From: a virus | Length of the DNA: 64,000 nt | IMG/VR virus record: IMGVR_UViG_3300005573_000070 | Strand: one strand, 5' to 3' | Notes under the pieces: model-generated | The model's input: the letters and a program-made list of their open reading frames with translations, nothing else | The model's database searches: none | What the model was told of the DNA's origin: nothing | Program-made: the position numbers and the translations under genes | Shown: piece by piece, positions 8,443 through 17,972 of the stretch | How the letters are laid out: each line of letters begins with the position of its first letter | Numbering within the stretch: position 1 is the stretch's first letter

Positions 8443-10698
8443 TTACAAGGACTCTTCGTCAACCTTGACAACTTCTTGTTCCCAGACAGGTACTTCTTTA
8501 CCGGTACTGGCCCATACAACTTTCAGTGCCCCGTCGACTTTTTTCTCAACTACAACACCTAGCTCGCCAGTTTTGCGATGCATTACACAATCATAAACAA
8601 ATATAGGCTCGTTAGCGGTCTTGATTTGTTTCTTCTCCGGTTTGAATGAAACACTATCTAACAAACCATCAATTATCGCATTCTTAGTAATCTCAACTTT
8701 AGGAGTTTTTGACTTCAACTGAGCTTCTTTCTCAAGAGTACCATATAAGCAAGTTGAACAATTAGGGTACTCAAGACCGTAAGGGCATGATGAACACAAC
8801 GTCGCTCGCCTGACAACCATTCCGCTAACAGGGCACTCTACCAACGTTTCTTCTATTCTGTCGTTCGTTTCCTCAAAATCAAAAGATCCAGAACTGACAA
8901 TGAGCTCTGATGTACCGTCACTTAATAGTTCGTCATAATTCGTAAGTAGTACCTGGTCACCGTCAGTACCTAGATAAACATACCTGTCTTTACCAACTGT
9001 TATTACACTTCCTACTTTCTTCATAGACCATTTTATAATTGAGATCATTTCTTTTATCCGTTCTCTAACTTCTGGTGGTTCGATCCGATCAAGACCCGAA
9101 TAAATCTTGTCTAAGAAACTGTTCCATAAGTAAGTTGCTGCGGCATATATCGTATCCAATGTTGGGAACGAAGAAAGGAACTGATGAATCCAATCTACTA
9201 CATTTGTTGCGGATTCCCTGATCTTTCTGGCATAGAGACGAATCTCGTTCTTATCTATCTTTGCCTGATAATTTTCACCGTAGTAAGATCGGAACAAGTT
9301 ATCAAGGATCGTGGCAACAGTCTCGTCTGATATAATACCGCTTCCCTTAAACCTGTTATATATTTTGACCATTTCGTCTCGGGTATCTTGCAAAATTCTT
9401 CGTTCTCTTTCTTCAGTGCGTGGAACAGGTCCCTGTTTTCTTCGTTTAAAAAGCTTTGACGCCTGGTCTCTGAAAAATGAGTCAATAGCGTTTTTTACTG
9501 GAATGGCTAACAAGATCTGAGCACCAAATGCGTCAAGAATCTGTTTCTGCGGATCTTCATACTGCATCAACTTACTTATGTCGAGGGCCTCGACAAGATT
9601 TGGTTTCAATATGTTATCGTACCATTTGTCGAACGCGTCTGGACTAACAAAAGAGATCCTGTTCTTGGAAAAATAGTTTTCTATTTCCTGTTTAATGTTG
9701 GCCTTCTTGCTATCAATATCCTGAATGGACCGAATATGGTTCTTAATAATCTCGTATAACTGGGGTTCGAAGTCATGGGGAACCAGCTTACCTGGGGTCA
9801 ATTCTATATATTGTTCTCTTGTCGGATTTAGAAGCTCGTTTATGGCCAAAGCTATCGCACTACGTACCCGATTAACTTTCTGACCACCAACAAATACCGG
9901 AATTATCTTAGTTGTAATAGTTTCTACTATGGCTGGCTCAACGTAATCCTTCATCAACTGACTAAGAGCAACATCGTTGTTTGGCTCAAGATTGACACCG
10001 TTTGCGTTAAGTAACTCAAGAATCAGCGACTTAAGACTATCTAAAAATTTAGTAATATCGTCTTTTTTGTCGGTTACCAAGTACGATTCGACAAGGCTAA
10101 CGAGAACATCTTTGTGCAACTGCTCATAAAACGCGCCCAGAACAAGGTTATACGCCGTTTTGAACATGTTGAGAACCCATTCTCCCCTTTCTGATCTAGG
10201 CGTCTTTGAAATTATCGTTTTTGTTGACAACAATGCCATAATGTTCGACAAGTATTGTAAAACAGGCCTGAACCTAATAAACGGCATGGCCGCGTTCGCG
10301 AGAGTACCGGGTCGGGCTCGTCCCTTTTTGTGTTCGGTAACCAATTGAGAAGCAGCCTGGTCTATTTCGGCAAACAAATCTTTCATTTTTCGGTCTGCTT
10401 CTGATATCATTCGTTGTAAGTCGCTACCAGTCGAAACTTCACCTTCAGCCTCACCACCCGGTAATTCTTCATAAACACTAAAACCGGACTCACCAGGAAC
10501 ATATACGTCCAAATCCTCCTCTTCAAACTGAGCTTTCTTGGTAAAATAGTACAGTTTGAAGATAAGAGGGTCAACAAGTTCGGCCTGGACAACAAACCCA
10601 CGGCCGTCATTATAGACGACCAGATAATCAGGTCCTATATAATAAGCGGTACCACGTTGTCCCGAAATGCTAGAGATTTTAATCCCATAGTCCGACAT
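8443..10698 (-). CDS. large multidomain hypothetical protein (helical core, Cys cluster, C-terminal SH3-like domain); candidate internal head protein
   Basis: Start reassigned to ATG 10698 (GGAGGG RBS). Confidence 0.6.
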   Translation of the reverse strand: MSDYGIKISSISGQRGTAYYIGPDYLVVYNDGRGFVVQAELVDPLIFKLYYFTKKAQFEEEDLDVYVPGESGFSVYEELPGGEAEGEVSTGSDLQRMISEADRKMKDLFAEIDQAASQLVTEHKKGRARPGTLANAAMPFIRFRPVLQYLSNIMALLSTKTIISKTPRSERGEWVLNMFKTAYNLVLGAFYEQLHKDVLVSLVESYLVTDKKDDITKFLDSLKSLILELLNANGVNLEPNNDVALSQLMKDYVEPAIVETITTKIIPVFVGGQKVNRVRSAIALAINELLNPTREQYIELTPGKLVPHDFEPQLYEIIKNHIRSIQDIDSKKANIKQEIENYFSKNRISFVSPDAFDKWYDNILKPNLVEALDISKLMQYEDPQKQILDAFGAQILLAIPVKNAIDSFFRDQASKLFKRRKQGPVPRTEERERRILQDTRDEMVKIYNRFKGSGIISDETVATILDNLFRSYYGENYQAKIDKNEIRLYARKIRESATNVVDWIHQFLSSFPTLDTIYAAATYLWNSFLDKIYSGLDRIEPPEVRERIKEMISIIKWSMKKVGSVITVGKDRYVYLGTDGDQVLLTNYDELLSDGTSELIVSSGSFDFEETNDRIEETLVECPVSGMVVRRATLCSSCPYGLEYPNCSTCLYGTLEKEAQLKSKTPKVEITKNAIIDGLLDSVSFKPEKKQIKTANEPIFVYDCVMHRKTGELGVVVEKKVDGALKVVWASTGKEVPVWEQEVVKVDEESL

Positions 10699-13378
10699 GG
10701 TCTGTCCCTCCCAATATCTCTTCGATTGTTTCAGGCCTTGCAAAGGATTCGTCAAGACCGCCACTCTCGACAGTACCAACTACTTCAGCTTCTGGTGTTT
10801 CTGGTATTTCGGTTTCCGGTTTCTCTTCCTCTTCTACTCCTTCTTCTGTTTCCTGACGAATCTTTTCATATTCTTCAACGTATTCTTGTTTTTCAGCCTC
10901 GACCCTAGCCTTTTCGTATTTCTCTTCCAGATCTTGCTTACGTTTACGAAGGTCACTAATTATTGTGTCCAAACGAGATACAAGATCGTCTAGACCGGTT
11001 CCTTCAGCTCGTTGCTTTTGACGGGACACAACATCAATTTCGGTATCGACTTCTTCAACGGTCTTCTCGTAGATATCAGTTATTTTTTCTGGGTCTCGAC
11101 TGATCTCGTCGGAAACAGCTTGTGCGAAATCATCAGCCGACATTCTTGAGAAATCCTCCGGAGAAAATCTATACAAGACCGGCAAACTACCAATTAAGAA
11201 CTTGGTACCACGAGTACCTTCAGGATACTGGAACACGGTCTTACGAAGGTCTCTTATTACCGTGTTTATTGTGTCAATATACGGAGCAATTGACGTAACT
11301 GCACTATCAAAATCAGGGCCCTTTTTGTCCCTTGCTACCAAAGCCGAAACGTTAGAAACTAGTGCAATCGCTTCTGGAACAATTGTAGATTCTATTTCCT
11401 TCTCTGCTTTCTCTACAACATACATTGTCTTTGTACCTAACGACAAAAGTATACCATCAATAGAAGATACTAGTTTGTCGTAATGTGGTTTTATGTTTTT
11501 ATCGACAATCTCTGTATTAAGATTTTTTGACGCCCAGTCATAAAGAGAACTAACGGCGTCTCTCAATGTACGCAATGTGTTTTCCAACCGGCTTGTGTTG
11601 TCAATAACAGAAGATATCCGATCTATCTCGTTGAAAACGCTCGCAATTTCGTAAACCGTTCTTAGGAAAGGAACATAAAGCATTCCGTATGACCTTGGAA
11701 CCTGTAACCGTCTATGCAATGTAACAGATGTAGGTATATATTCTTTCCACAGATATTTTTCCCTTTCGAAAACTTCTTTGGTTGGAACAGTTTTAGATTT
11801 TGGTTTTTCGGCCCCGAACAAAACTTCCTTAACTCCGAACGATCCGGCTATCTCAACGATTGCAGACCTAACAGCTTTTTCCAAATCAGTTCCGGGACGA
11901 GCCATAACTTTAGCAAGGTTCGACGATATAGTCTTATATGCGTTAATAAAACTCTTGCGGTCAAGAACGTTCCAAGTTGCACTAAAAGTTTGACCAGCAT
12001 ACTCTACAACTGCTGTTACGAAATGGGCGCTCTCTTTAAGTGATGGATTGTACACTTTCCTCATGATCAATTTAACGGCAATGGTCGGAATCACTTGGTT
12101 CGCAACATTTACGACTTTGTTCCGGTAAGTTGTCCTGTACGCATGACGAATACTTTCCTTAACTTTTGGTGGTAAGTCGGCTCTATCTAGAACAGCATCG
12201 AACGTGTCAAGAACAGCACGAATTGCAATTAACCGTCTCAACGCCATAACAGTTGCCGAACTAAGATCAGATAACGCGGAACGAACTTGTTTGTGATAAT
12301 GCTTAGCCAAATCAACGACATTTTTAATGTAAAGAGCAGCCTGGTCAATTCTTTGGCGTTTCTCAAGCGTTGTAGACGCCTTACGAGCCTCTTCAAGAGC
12401 GTCTATTGCATTTTGTAGATCCCCTCTGAAATGGATCCCTGGATAATGCTCTGTCAAGGTTCGTAAATCGTTTACCGCCGTGTCTAACACAGAATCCGTT
12501 TGCTGAATCTCTTTTCGGACCTCTTCAGGAGTTCCGGCCTGTTCTGCGTTGTACAACCGGCGAGATTGGTCTTCCAGGTCCCGATGTAGTTTTCTTAACT
12601 GTTTGATGAAAGGACCAACGTCCCAACCGGTTCCCTCTTCTGGTGATCCAAGAACTTCCGTTTCTATATCTGAGTAAATATCTGGTATAACATTACGGAG
12701 ATCGGACAAAAGACCGAACAACAGTTCGTGTCCCGGACTTTCTTCAGAAAGGGGTCGTGGTTTGAAGGGAAGAGGACTACCTTCAGGCATGTCAAGTAAA
12801 TTACCCAATGTTGTGTATATCGGTTCGCCTACCTTTGCGAAGAAATTGCGCAAAGCTTCTTTCAAGTCTTCAGGTATTGGCCCCGTTTCCTTTATCGTGG
12901 TCAGCTGGTCTATCAAATAGTTCTGTAAAGAATCACAAAGAGCTGTTCTCTGGTCTCGTGGTAAGGACTTTATAAACTGGACAAAAGAATTCTCTGTAAT
13001 GAATGGAAGAGCGCCAACAGGTTTTTTCTCGAGAAAGGAAACGACAACATCGTATGGAAAATTGTCTTTTACTATCGGGATGGTATTGTAGAGACCGATC
13101 CATTTCTTGAGAGTTGTCGTGGGTACTCCTTTGCGGAGATCATGTTCGAACAAAGCCTTGATTATCTCTGGAATGCCTAAAGTATAGCCGGCATCTGACA
13201 ACGATTGTAACCATAACAAAACACGGTCAATATTACCAGAATCACGATTGACCAGTTCTTGTACCTTTTCGAGATGGTCCGGAGTAACTTGGTTAACCGA
13301 TTTAATGTCGTCGAGTAGACCCTTCCATTCGTCAAAACGACTTGCACCACTTTTCAACCATTTACTAAGAACGCTCAC
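10679..13378 (-). CDS. 899-aa helical hypothetical protein; candidate internal head protein
   Basis: GTG start overlaps the ligase TGA; N-terminal SKWLKSG motif; acidic C-terminus. Confidence 0.6.
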   Translation of the reverse strand: MSVLSKWLKSGASRFDEWKGLLDDIKSVNQVTPDHLEKVQELVNRDSGNIDRVLLWLQSLSDAGYTLGIPEIIKALFEHDLRKGVPTTTLKKWIGLYNTIPIVKDNFPYDVVVSFLEKKPVGALPFITENSFVQFIKSLPRDQRTALCDSLQNYLIDQLTTIKETGPIPEDLKEALRNFFAKVGEPIYTTLGNLLDMPEGSPLPFKPRPLSEESPGHELLFGLLSDLRNVIPDIYSDIETEVLGSPEEGTGWDVGPFIKQLRKLHRDLEDQSRRLYNAEQAGTPEEVRKEIQQTDSVLDTAVNDLRTLTEHYPGIHFRGDLQNAIDALEEARKASTTLEKRQRIDQAALYIKNVVDLAKHYHKQVRSALSDLSSATVMALRRLIAIRAVLDTFDAVLDRADLPPKVKESIRHAYRTTYRNKVVNVANQVIPTIAVKLIMRKVYNPSLKESAHFVTAVVEYAGQTFSATWNVLDRKSFINAYKTISSNLAKVMARPGTDLEKAVRSAIVEIAGSFGVKEVLFGAEKPKSKTVPTKEVFEREKYLWKEYIPTSVTLHRRLQVPRSYGMLYVPFLRTVYEIASVFNEIDRISSVIDNTSRLENTLRTLRDAVSSLYDWASKNLNTEIVDKNIKPHYDKLVSSIDGILLSLGTKTMYVVEKAEKEIESTIVPEAIALVSNVSALVARDKKGPDFDSAVTSIAPYIDTINTVIRDLRKTVFQYPEGTRGTKFLIGSLPVLYRFSPEDFSRMSADDFAQAVSDEISRDPEKITDIYEKTVEEVDTEIDVVSRQKQRAEGTGLDDLVSRLDTIISDLRKRKQDLEEKYEKARVEAEKQEYVEEYEKIRQETEEGVEEEEKPETEIPETPEAEVVGTVESGGLDESFARPETIEEILGGTDHVGLWD

Positions 13379-15741
13379 GACCGTACCCTCTCAACAGGGA
13401 CTTCTAATCTTAAATCATAATGGTTTCGGTTTCGTTTGTATGAAAAATGGTCCTGAATAACAAATCGCCCTCTATACCCAATCAAATTCTTAAAGTCCGT
13501 ATTACGGAACGCTTTCTTGGCAAAGTTTGTAATTTTAGCATCTTCTTTTTCGAATTCATCAATTTTTTCAATTTTAATTGGTAACGTAACCAATCCTGTT
13601 CTCCACGATAACGAATACGGTACCTTTATTGACCCGTTATATTTCAACGTACTAACGTCCAACCTAATCATTCTTGGGTCGTGTGTTATTCCAGTTGTTA
13701 GACCAGAATAACCAGACGAGCTGATGAAATCCTCGAGTAATAGTACTAAAGTATGCCGCAAATCGTTAACATTCATCTTCCGTTTCAACTTTCCGAGGAT
13801 GTGAAAACCACGATTACCACTAAATTGTACAGAAAGATCTCTGACCATATCCCACCCTTCTAAAAATTCGTAAAGGTCTTTTGTAACCTGTTTAACTTTT
13901 TTAAACGGAACCTCTTCTCGCGGGTCAATATCAACAAAGAAATAGTCAATGTTTTTACTGTCAATTACTTTGTGAATCTCGACGGTCCGTCCGTGGTTAA
14001 TCTCGTCAAACAGATCCTCAGTTAGAACCATCGGTTCCCCGTCTATATTACGTTTCAGAACAGGACCTTTGTCCGTCTTAATAACGATAAATATCCTTGA
14101 TCCGAAGGGCAATTTGTCTTTGACACTGTTGAAATAGTCATATATTTGTTTCTTGGTCAGTTTGCCATATTCTGATTCTATCACAACATCATTTTCAGTC
14201 CCTGGTTTTAATCCGCTCGTGACCAACCAAGCCCTACTCACCCGTCTGATTTCAGTAGGATGTGCTTCACTTACATACAAATGCCCTTCATCTATTGGTT
14301 CGTCCCATAGAACTAAATAATCGATATCGGTCCGTTCAAGATAATTACCACATTCGGGGCATACATAATAAACTGAAAACATTGGAAAGTTCCGTCTAGG
14401 AACAGGTATCGTTTGCACGTTACAATTAGGACACCAAATCTGTTCGTAATCTATGATCGTTCCTGTAATCCCTTTAGCTATACTTACGATGCGGTCGCCC
14501 GGTTTATACCCTTCGTACGAATCATTACCCATATCAATTTGCAGACAGTGCAAACCATCATTTACTGGGTACATAAGTCCGTTCACAAAACAACCACATT
14601 TCTCAAGTAACGCTTTATCTTCTGATAAAATGTATGTGTACTGTTTAGCTACTATCGGTATCAACTGACCACTGTGTTTCTTTACTACATCTGGTGGTAA
14701 AACCTGGGTTATCCGCAGATCTTCTGGTGTTAACTGTTTGTCTTCACGGATACGTTTGAAAGAAGGCTGTCTTAACGTACCAGCAGGATAATCATCTACA
14801 TAAACCCATTTTTTATTTTTTCTATCGAACTTCATGCCAGGACCTTCCTCAATATGAATCTCTCGGGCCTCAACTTCCACAACCTTAGGATCCTCAAATG
14901 GGTCCACATAAATCATCCTTCCCTTGCGGAAAACCTCGTGTTCTTCAGCCCATTCCAACCACTCTTCACGCTCTTTGTCAGTAAAACCAGATCCTACCAT
15001 GGAGTCAAAGATAAATAACCCTTCTTCGTTCATATAAGCAAGCTGTAAGGCGCCCATTCTGGTAGGATCTTTCTTGGACAATTCAACACCTACAACCGCG
15101 AAGTCTACAGTTAAAACAGGTTTCACTTTTATTCGAGTTCCGTCTTCAAAGACAATTACCAGTCCCTCCCACATACTTTTTTCAGATAATACTGTCTTCC
15201 ATGCCTTACCAAAATCCCTTGTTTGGAACACAGTAACAGGAGACACTCTTGTACCTTTAAACAACCGTTGTACCAAGTTAATACGGTCAAATATGGGTTT
15301 CTCCAAATAGTTTTTGCCATCAATTGAAATAATATCGAAGATCATCAGATGGATTTTGTTTTCGTCTTCTAGATCTTTTGGTGCGCGGAGAATACTGATC
15401 GCTTTCGGATAAGACATCACAACACCCGGTCTCTCAAGAACATATAGCTCACCAACCGCGACCAGTTCGTTCGTTCTCTTACCATCTAGTAAAGCCTTGA
15501 ATTCGTTCGTAACTGGTAGATCGGTCCGGACACGACCATTTTTCGACAACAAGTAACATTGATCTTTTTTGCGAGAATAATGGACCAAAGATAGTTCACC
15601 GTCAATCTTTCCGGTTATCAAATAGTTGCCCTTGAGATACTTTGGGGCATCTTTGTAATCAACCGTATCAATAGGCCATTCCTTCTTGTATGCATGTAGA
15701 ACCGGTAATAAAGGATGATCTTTGTTAATAAACTGCTTCAT
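13375..15741 (-). CDS. ligD: LigD-like fusion: ATP-dependent DNA ligase + SH3/Zn-ribbon + AEP primase-polymerase + N-terminal part of phosphoesterase
   Basis: KIDG, GELY, FDI, EGLV, RIKVK ligase motifs and OB domain; VDIDP, SGNRGFH, KVPYSL AEP motifs; ends FVIQDH...HYDLRLE. Confidence 0.88.
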   Translation of the reverse strand: MKQFINKDHPLLPVLHAYKKEWPIDTVDYKDAPKYLKGNYLITGKIDGELSLVHYSRKKDQCYLLSKNGRVRTDLPVTNEFKALLDGKRTNELVAVGELYVLERPGVVMSYPKAISILRAPKDLEDENKIHLMIFDIISIDGKNYLEKPIFDRINLVQRLFKGTRVSPVTVFQTRDFGKAWKTVLSEKSMWEGLVIVFEDGTRIKVKPVLTVDFAVVGVELSKKDPTRMGALQLAYMNEEGLFIFDSMVGSGFTDKEREEWLEWAEEHEVFRKGRMIYVDPFEDPKVVEVEAREIHIEEGPGMKFDRKNKKWVYVDDYPAGTLRQPSFKRIREDKQLTPEDLRITQVLPPDVVKKHSGQLIPIVAKQYTYILSEDKALLEKCGCFVNGLMYPVNDGLHCLQIDMGNDSYEGYKPGDRIVSIAKGITGTIIDYEQIWCPNCNVQTIPVPRRNFPMFSVYYVCPECGNYLERTDIDYLVLWDEPIDEGHLYVSEAHPTEIRRVSRAWLVTSGLKPGTENDVVIESEYGKLTKKQIYDYFNSVKDKLPFGSRIFIVIKTDKGPVLKRNIDGEPMVLTEDLFDEINHGRTVEIHKVIDSKNIDYFFVDIDPREEVPFKKVKQVTKDLYEFLEGWDMVRDLSVQFSGNRGFHILGKLKRKMNVNDLRHTLVLLLEDFISSSGYSGLTTGITHDPRMIRLDVSTLKYNGSIKVPYSLSWRTGLVTLPIKIEKIDEFEKEDAKITNFAKKAFRNTDFKNLIGYRGRFVIQDHFSYKRNRNHYDLRLEVPVERVRS

Positions 15742-17972
15742 TGAGATTTATTTGTGATCTGGTCCGCCAAATCGGCCGCTCCGAAAGCTCTCAAACTATC
15801 AGCAATCTCCTCAAGATTAACTGGAAATGCGCTTATGCCTAATTTGATCTCTCGCACAAGGTCCCTTACTCGGTCCTCGAGCTGTTCTCGGACCTGAACT
15901 AGAATATCGTTCGCTGTTCCGTTAGCAAAATGGTGGAGATCTTCCAAAGCAGTCTTCTTCTCCTCAAGGTCAGCAATACCAAGTACGGTAATAAATTGAC
16001 TTTTGGTGGTTTCATAAAGAGAATCGGATAATTCGGCTTTCAAAGATTCGAACTGATACTTTGACCCATTCATTATCTCGGTAGCGATACTGTCCGCAAT
16101 GTCCAAAACCGCGCCAATATACTGTTGCTTAAGCTGTTCAATGTCCGATTTCGGTTCTACCTTTCCTCGTTGAAAGTCCCACTCTCCTACCAAAGAAGGA
16201 AACAGTAAAACGGACCGAATCTGGTAAATTTTGTGGTACAAATTCCCTGGTTCGGAACTCGAACTAATATATCCTTTTCCTTTGAGAAACTCGAAAAAAT
16301 CATTCAGTATATCGCGAGCGGTACGACCTAATCTCAGATTTTGAAGATCGTCGCTCCGTAATACTTCAGTAATCGTATCATAAACATTCTTAATAAAAGC
16401 TCGTGCCTCCGAATTCAAATTGGGCACGACATCAAGAAGAACCTTGCGTGTCTCAGACGTATCATATTGCGGAACAATTTTCTCGAGACCAAATGATGGT
16501 GCCTCAGTTATAGACTCTTCCACATACTTTTTGAACTGAATGATTTCGTTGACCTTAGTTTCCAGTGTACTGATTTGGTCTTTGAGGTCGTCAAAATCTT
16601 TGTCTAGCTCAGGAAAATTGATCTTTTCCGTACCAGCACGCCGGATCGATTTGATAAGGTCTAATGACTCGCTTACAATCTCCTTGATCCTGTTGATTTT
16701 ATTTGCCGCCTCATTAACATTGAACTGGTCATCAAAGTACGTGTTAAGTATATGATATATCCGATCAATGTTTCGACCCAGACGATTAACAATTTCCGAC
16801 TGAGCAATATCCACAAGATTACCTATCCTAAGAAGAGCTTCCGACAGAAACTCGTCAAGTTCTTCAACATATTCCTCAACCGCCATAGAAGACTGACCCA
16901 CAGATGTGACATCAAAAGACGGACCTAGCTTGTTTGGTAGATCAAGCTTCTTGACAGATTCAACAACGGACCTGATCTTATCATGCGCGGCTTCGGGAGT
17001 AATGCGCTTGAACGTGACACTGTCTCTAATAACACGAACTTGGCGTTGCAAGTCGTTCAGTACATCTTCCAGGTCAAAGATATCTGAGGAAGTAATCAAA
17101 TGCTCGTACGGCTCCGTTTCCGAAGGCATAGAATACGACACCTGTTTTACCGCCTTCAACTTTTCATAAATGGAGAAAAGTATCTCGCGAATTCTGGACA
17201 CAATACTTGATACTTCTTCCTTTTCCGGATTTGACAGTTTAGTGACAGTAACTTTCTCTGATGTGTATCGGGGCAATCGGTCTTTGATGTACTCGAGAAG
17301 AAGGGTGTCTCGTTTCGCCTCATCTATCCGAAAATATTTCCTGTTTTTAATACTCCCGGTAACTTTGTATAATGTAACAAAATACTTGACAAAGAGGTCT
17401 TTATAAACGTTCGAGATAAGAAACTTAAAAAAAGGACCTTCGTATTCTGGTCCTGGCATCTTAGTTGGTTTGACCTGCTTGGTCGGGGTCCTTGGAGACA
17501 GAGGACGAACCGTAACCTTCTCAAGTTCCGATCCTAAAATAGTCCGTAGCTGTTCCGCAACATCGGAAAAAGAATCTCGCATTTCTTTGTACAAATCATT
17601 TAAACTATCTATCTTTGATGTGTCGGCATCTGAAATTGCTTCCTTAACCTTTTTTCTCAACAACTTTATAACATAGTTAAACGAAGTATTACTAATTTTC
17701 GAAAGGGTACCTAAGAACGAAGCCATTAGAGCAAGACCCTCTCCGTAAGCACCTTCGCGTAAAGCCTCGAAAAATCCTTCTAAATCAACCAAGTTGACAA
17801 AATTAGGATCAAGTGTTCGGACAAGAAATGGTCGGACCATATCAGGATCCCATACCTGGTACTCATTATACGTCTCAAGAAGATCACTCCAATTTACAGG
17901 TCTCGTTAATTGGCCCGGAGGAATGATAACGGACTGTTTTGTCTTAACATCAACCTTGTGTACCTTCGCCAT
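15738..17972 (-). CDS. 744-aa helical hypothetical protein
   Basis: Long ORF coupled to neighbours; no recognised catalytic motif. Confidence 0.6.
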   Translation of the reverse strand: MAKVHKVDVKTKQSVIIPPGQLTRPVNWSDLLETYNEYQVWDPDMVRPFLVRTLDPNFVNLVDLEGFFEALREGAYGEGLALMASFLGTLSKISNTSFNYVIKLLRKKVKEAISDADTSKIDSLNDLYKEMRDSFSDVAEQLRTILGSELEKVTVRPLSPRTPTKQVKPTKMPGPEYEGPFFKFLISNVYKDLFVKYFVTLYKVTGSIKNRKYFRIDEAKRDTLLLEYIKDRLPRYTSEKVTVTKLSNPEKEEVSSIVSRIREILFSIYEKLKAVKQVSYSMPSETEPYEHLITSSDIFDLEDVLNDLQRQVRVIRDSVTFKRITPEAAHDKIRSVVESVKKLDLPNKLGPSFDVTSVGQSSMAVEEYVEELDEFLSEALLRIGNLVDIAQSEIVNRLGRNIDRIYHILNTYFDDQFNVNEAANKINRIKEIVSESLDLIKSIRRAGTEKINFPELDKDFDDLKDQISTLETKVNEIIQFKKYVEESITEAPSFGLEKIVPQYDTSETRKVLLDVVPNLNSEARAFIKNVYDTITEVLRSDDLQNLRLGRTARDILNDFFEFLKGKGYISSSSEPGNLYHKIYQIRSVLLFPSLVGEWDFQRGKVEPKSDIEQLKQQYIGAVLDIADSIATEIMNGSKYQFESLKAELSDSLYETTKSQFITVLGIADLEEKKTALEDLHHFANGTANDILVQVREQLEDRVRDLVREIKLGISAFPVNLEEIADSLRAFGAADLADQITNKSQ

